Assembly (NCBI GenBank): GCA_963768055.1
Contig: CAVYGN010000001.1
Coordinates: forward strand, 864,001 to 928,000
DNA: 64,000 nt
Source of the DNA: an uncultured Spirochaetota bacterium
Lineage (GTDB): Bacteria; Spirochaetota; Brevinematia; Brevinematales; JAOACQ01
Direction of reading: 5' to 3'
Shown here: positions 63,483-64,000 of the stretch, in pieces
How the letters are laid out: each line of letters opens with the position of its first letter
How positions within the stretch are numbered: position 1 is the first letter of the stretch
Notes under the pieces: generated by a model
Database searches by the model: none
The model's input: the letters and a program-made list of their open reading frames with translations, nothing else
What the model was told of the DNA's origin: nothing
Program-made: the position numbers and the translations under genes

Positions 63483-64000
63483 TTGGAAAAGCTGAAAGAA
63501 GGATTTAAACGGTTTTTTTTATCGAAGATCGACGTTTATTTTTATCGGGAACTCTTGCCCAACTATATGTTCGGGCTTATGTTTTTCACATTCATTTTAA
63601 TGCTGGACGAACTATTCGTCCGTATCCAGGAATATGTCCAGTATAATATGCCTTTTACACAGGTTTTTATGCTCTGGTTCAATGAAATACCCTTTATGAT
63701 GACCCTCACGATACCTCTCAGTATTCTTCCGGCTTACCTGCTTACACTCGGCAGGCTTTCAAATGACAGCGAAATCATCGCGATGAAAAGCTGCGGCATA
63801 TCAACGTTCCGCATTATCAGGCCCGGTATTATTATTGGTATTATTGTAATGCTGTTTTCTTTCGTTTTTACCGATAGGATCGTCGTTCAATCTAACCTGA
63901 CATTTATAAAACTGAGGGCAAAGCTGATCTCCCAGAAGCCTGCCGTGGAATTGAAAGAAAACAAACTCCTCGATGTTGGTGGATTAAAGATTATCTATGA
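63483..64000 (+). CDS. LptF/LptG family LPS export permease (3' end outside window)
   Basis: TTG after GGAGG; hand translation gives IDVYFYRELL, TIPLSIL..LLTLGRLSNDSEIIAMKSCGIS. Confidence 0.88.
   Translation, partial: MEKLKEGFKRFFLSKIDVYFYRELLPNYMFGLMFFTFILMLDELFVRIQEYVQYNMPFTQVFMLWFNEIPFMMTLTIPLSILPAYLLTLGRLSNDSEIIAMKSCGISTFRIIRPGIIIGIIVMLFSFVFTDRIVVQSNLTFIKLRAKLISQKPAVELKENKLLDVGGLKIIY

Overview
Gene-dense bacterial chromosomal window, mostly housekeeping genes (glmS, tgt, LptD-like, surE, thpR, proS, pyrD, fba, alr, trxA, metK, ugd, aat, pyrE, purU, ptsI, fabD, fabZ, sppA, LptF/G-like). It also holds signalling loci: an ECF sigma/zinc anti-sigma/periplasmic triad, HD-GYP, PilZ and REC-GGDEF proteins, a 7TM-PAS-HATPase and three tandem 7TM chemoreceptor-like genes, plus an RDD-SpoIIM-MoxR-DUF58 operon. 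Gene content and order suggest a spirochaete, which is an inference. I recognised no rRNA, tRNA, CRISPR array, prophage or transposase. The most unusual signal is non-coding. (i) Six copies of a 112-220 bp MITE-like element (AGGGC...GCCCT ends, 2-bp flanking direct repeats in four copies) carry interchangeable micro-hairpin modules. (ii) There are two other long palindromic repeat families, one read through by a degraded lipoprotein ORF. (iii) Empty inverted 7-mer and 9-mer tandem arrays occur, as does (iv) an unassigned GC-rich structured RNA candidate between ptsI and fabD. Two chemoreceptor genes share an apparently identical 1080-bp signalling block under mosaic sensor regions, and the LptD-like protein is strikingly rich in TN and N-x-S/T motifs. 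All calls come from reading the sequence and the ORF track by eye; no searches were run.
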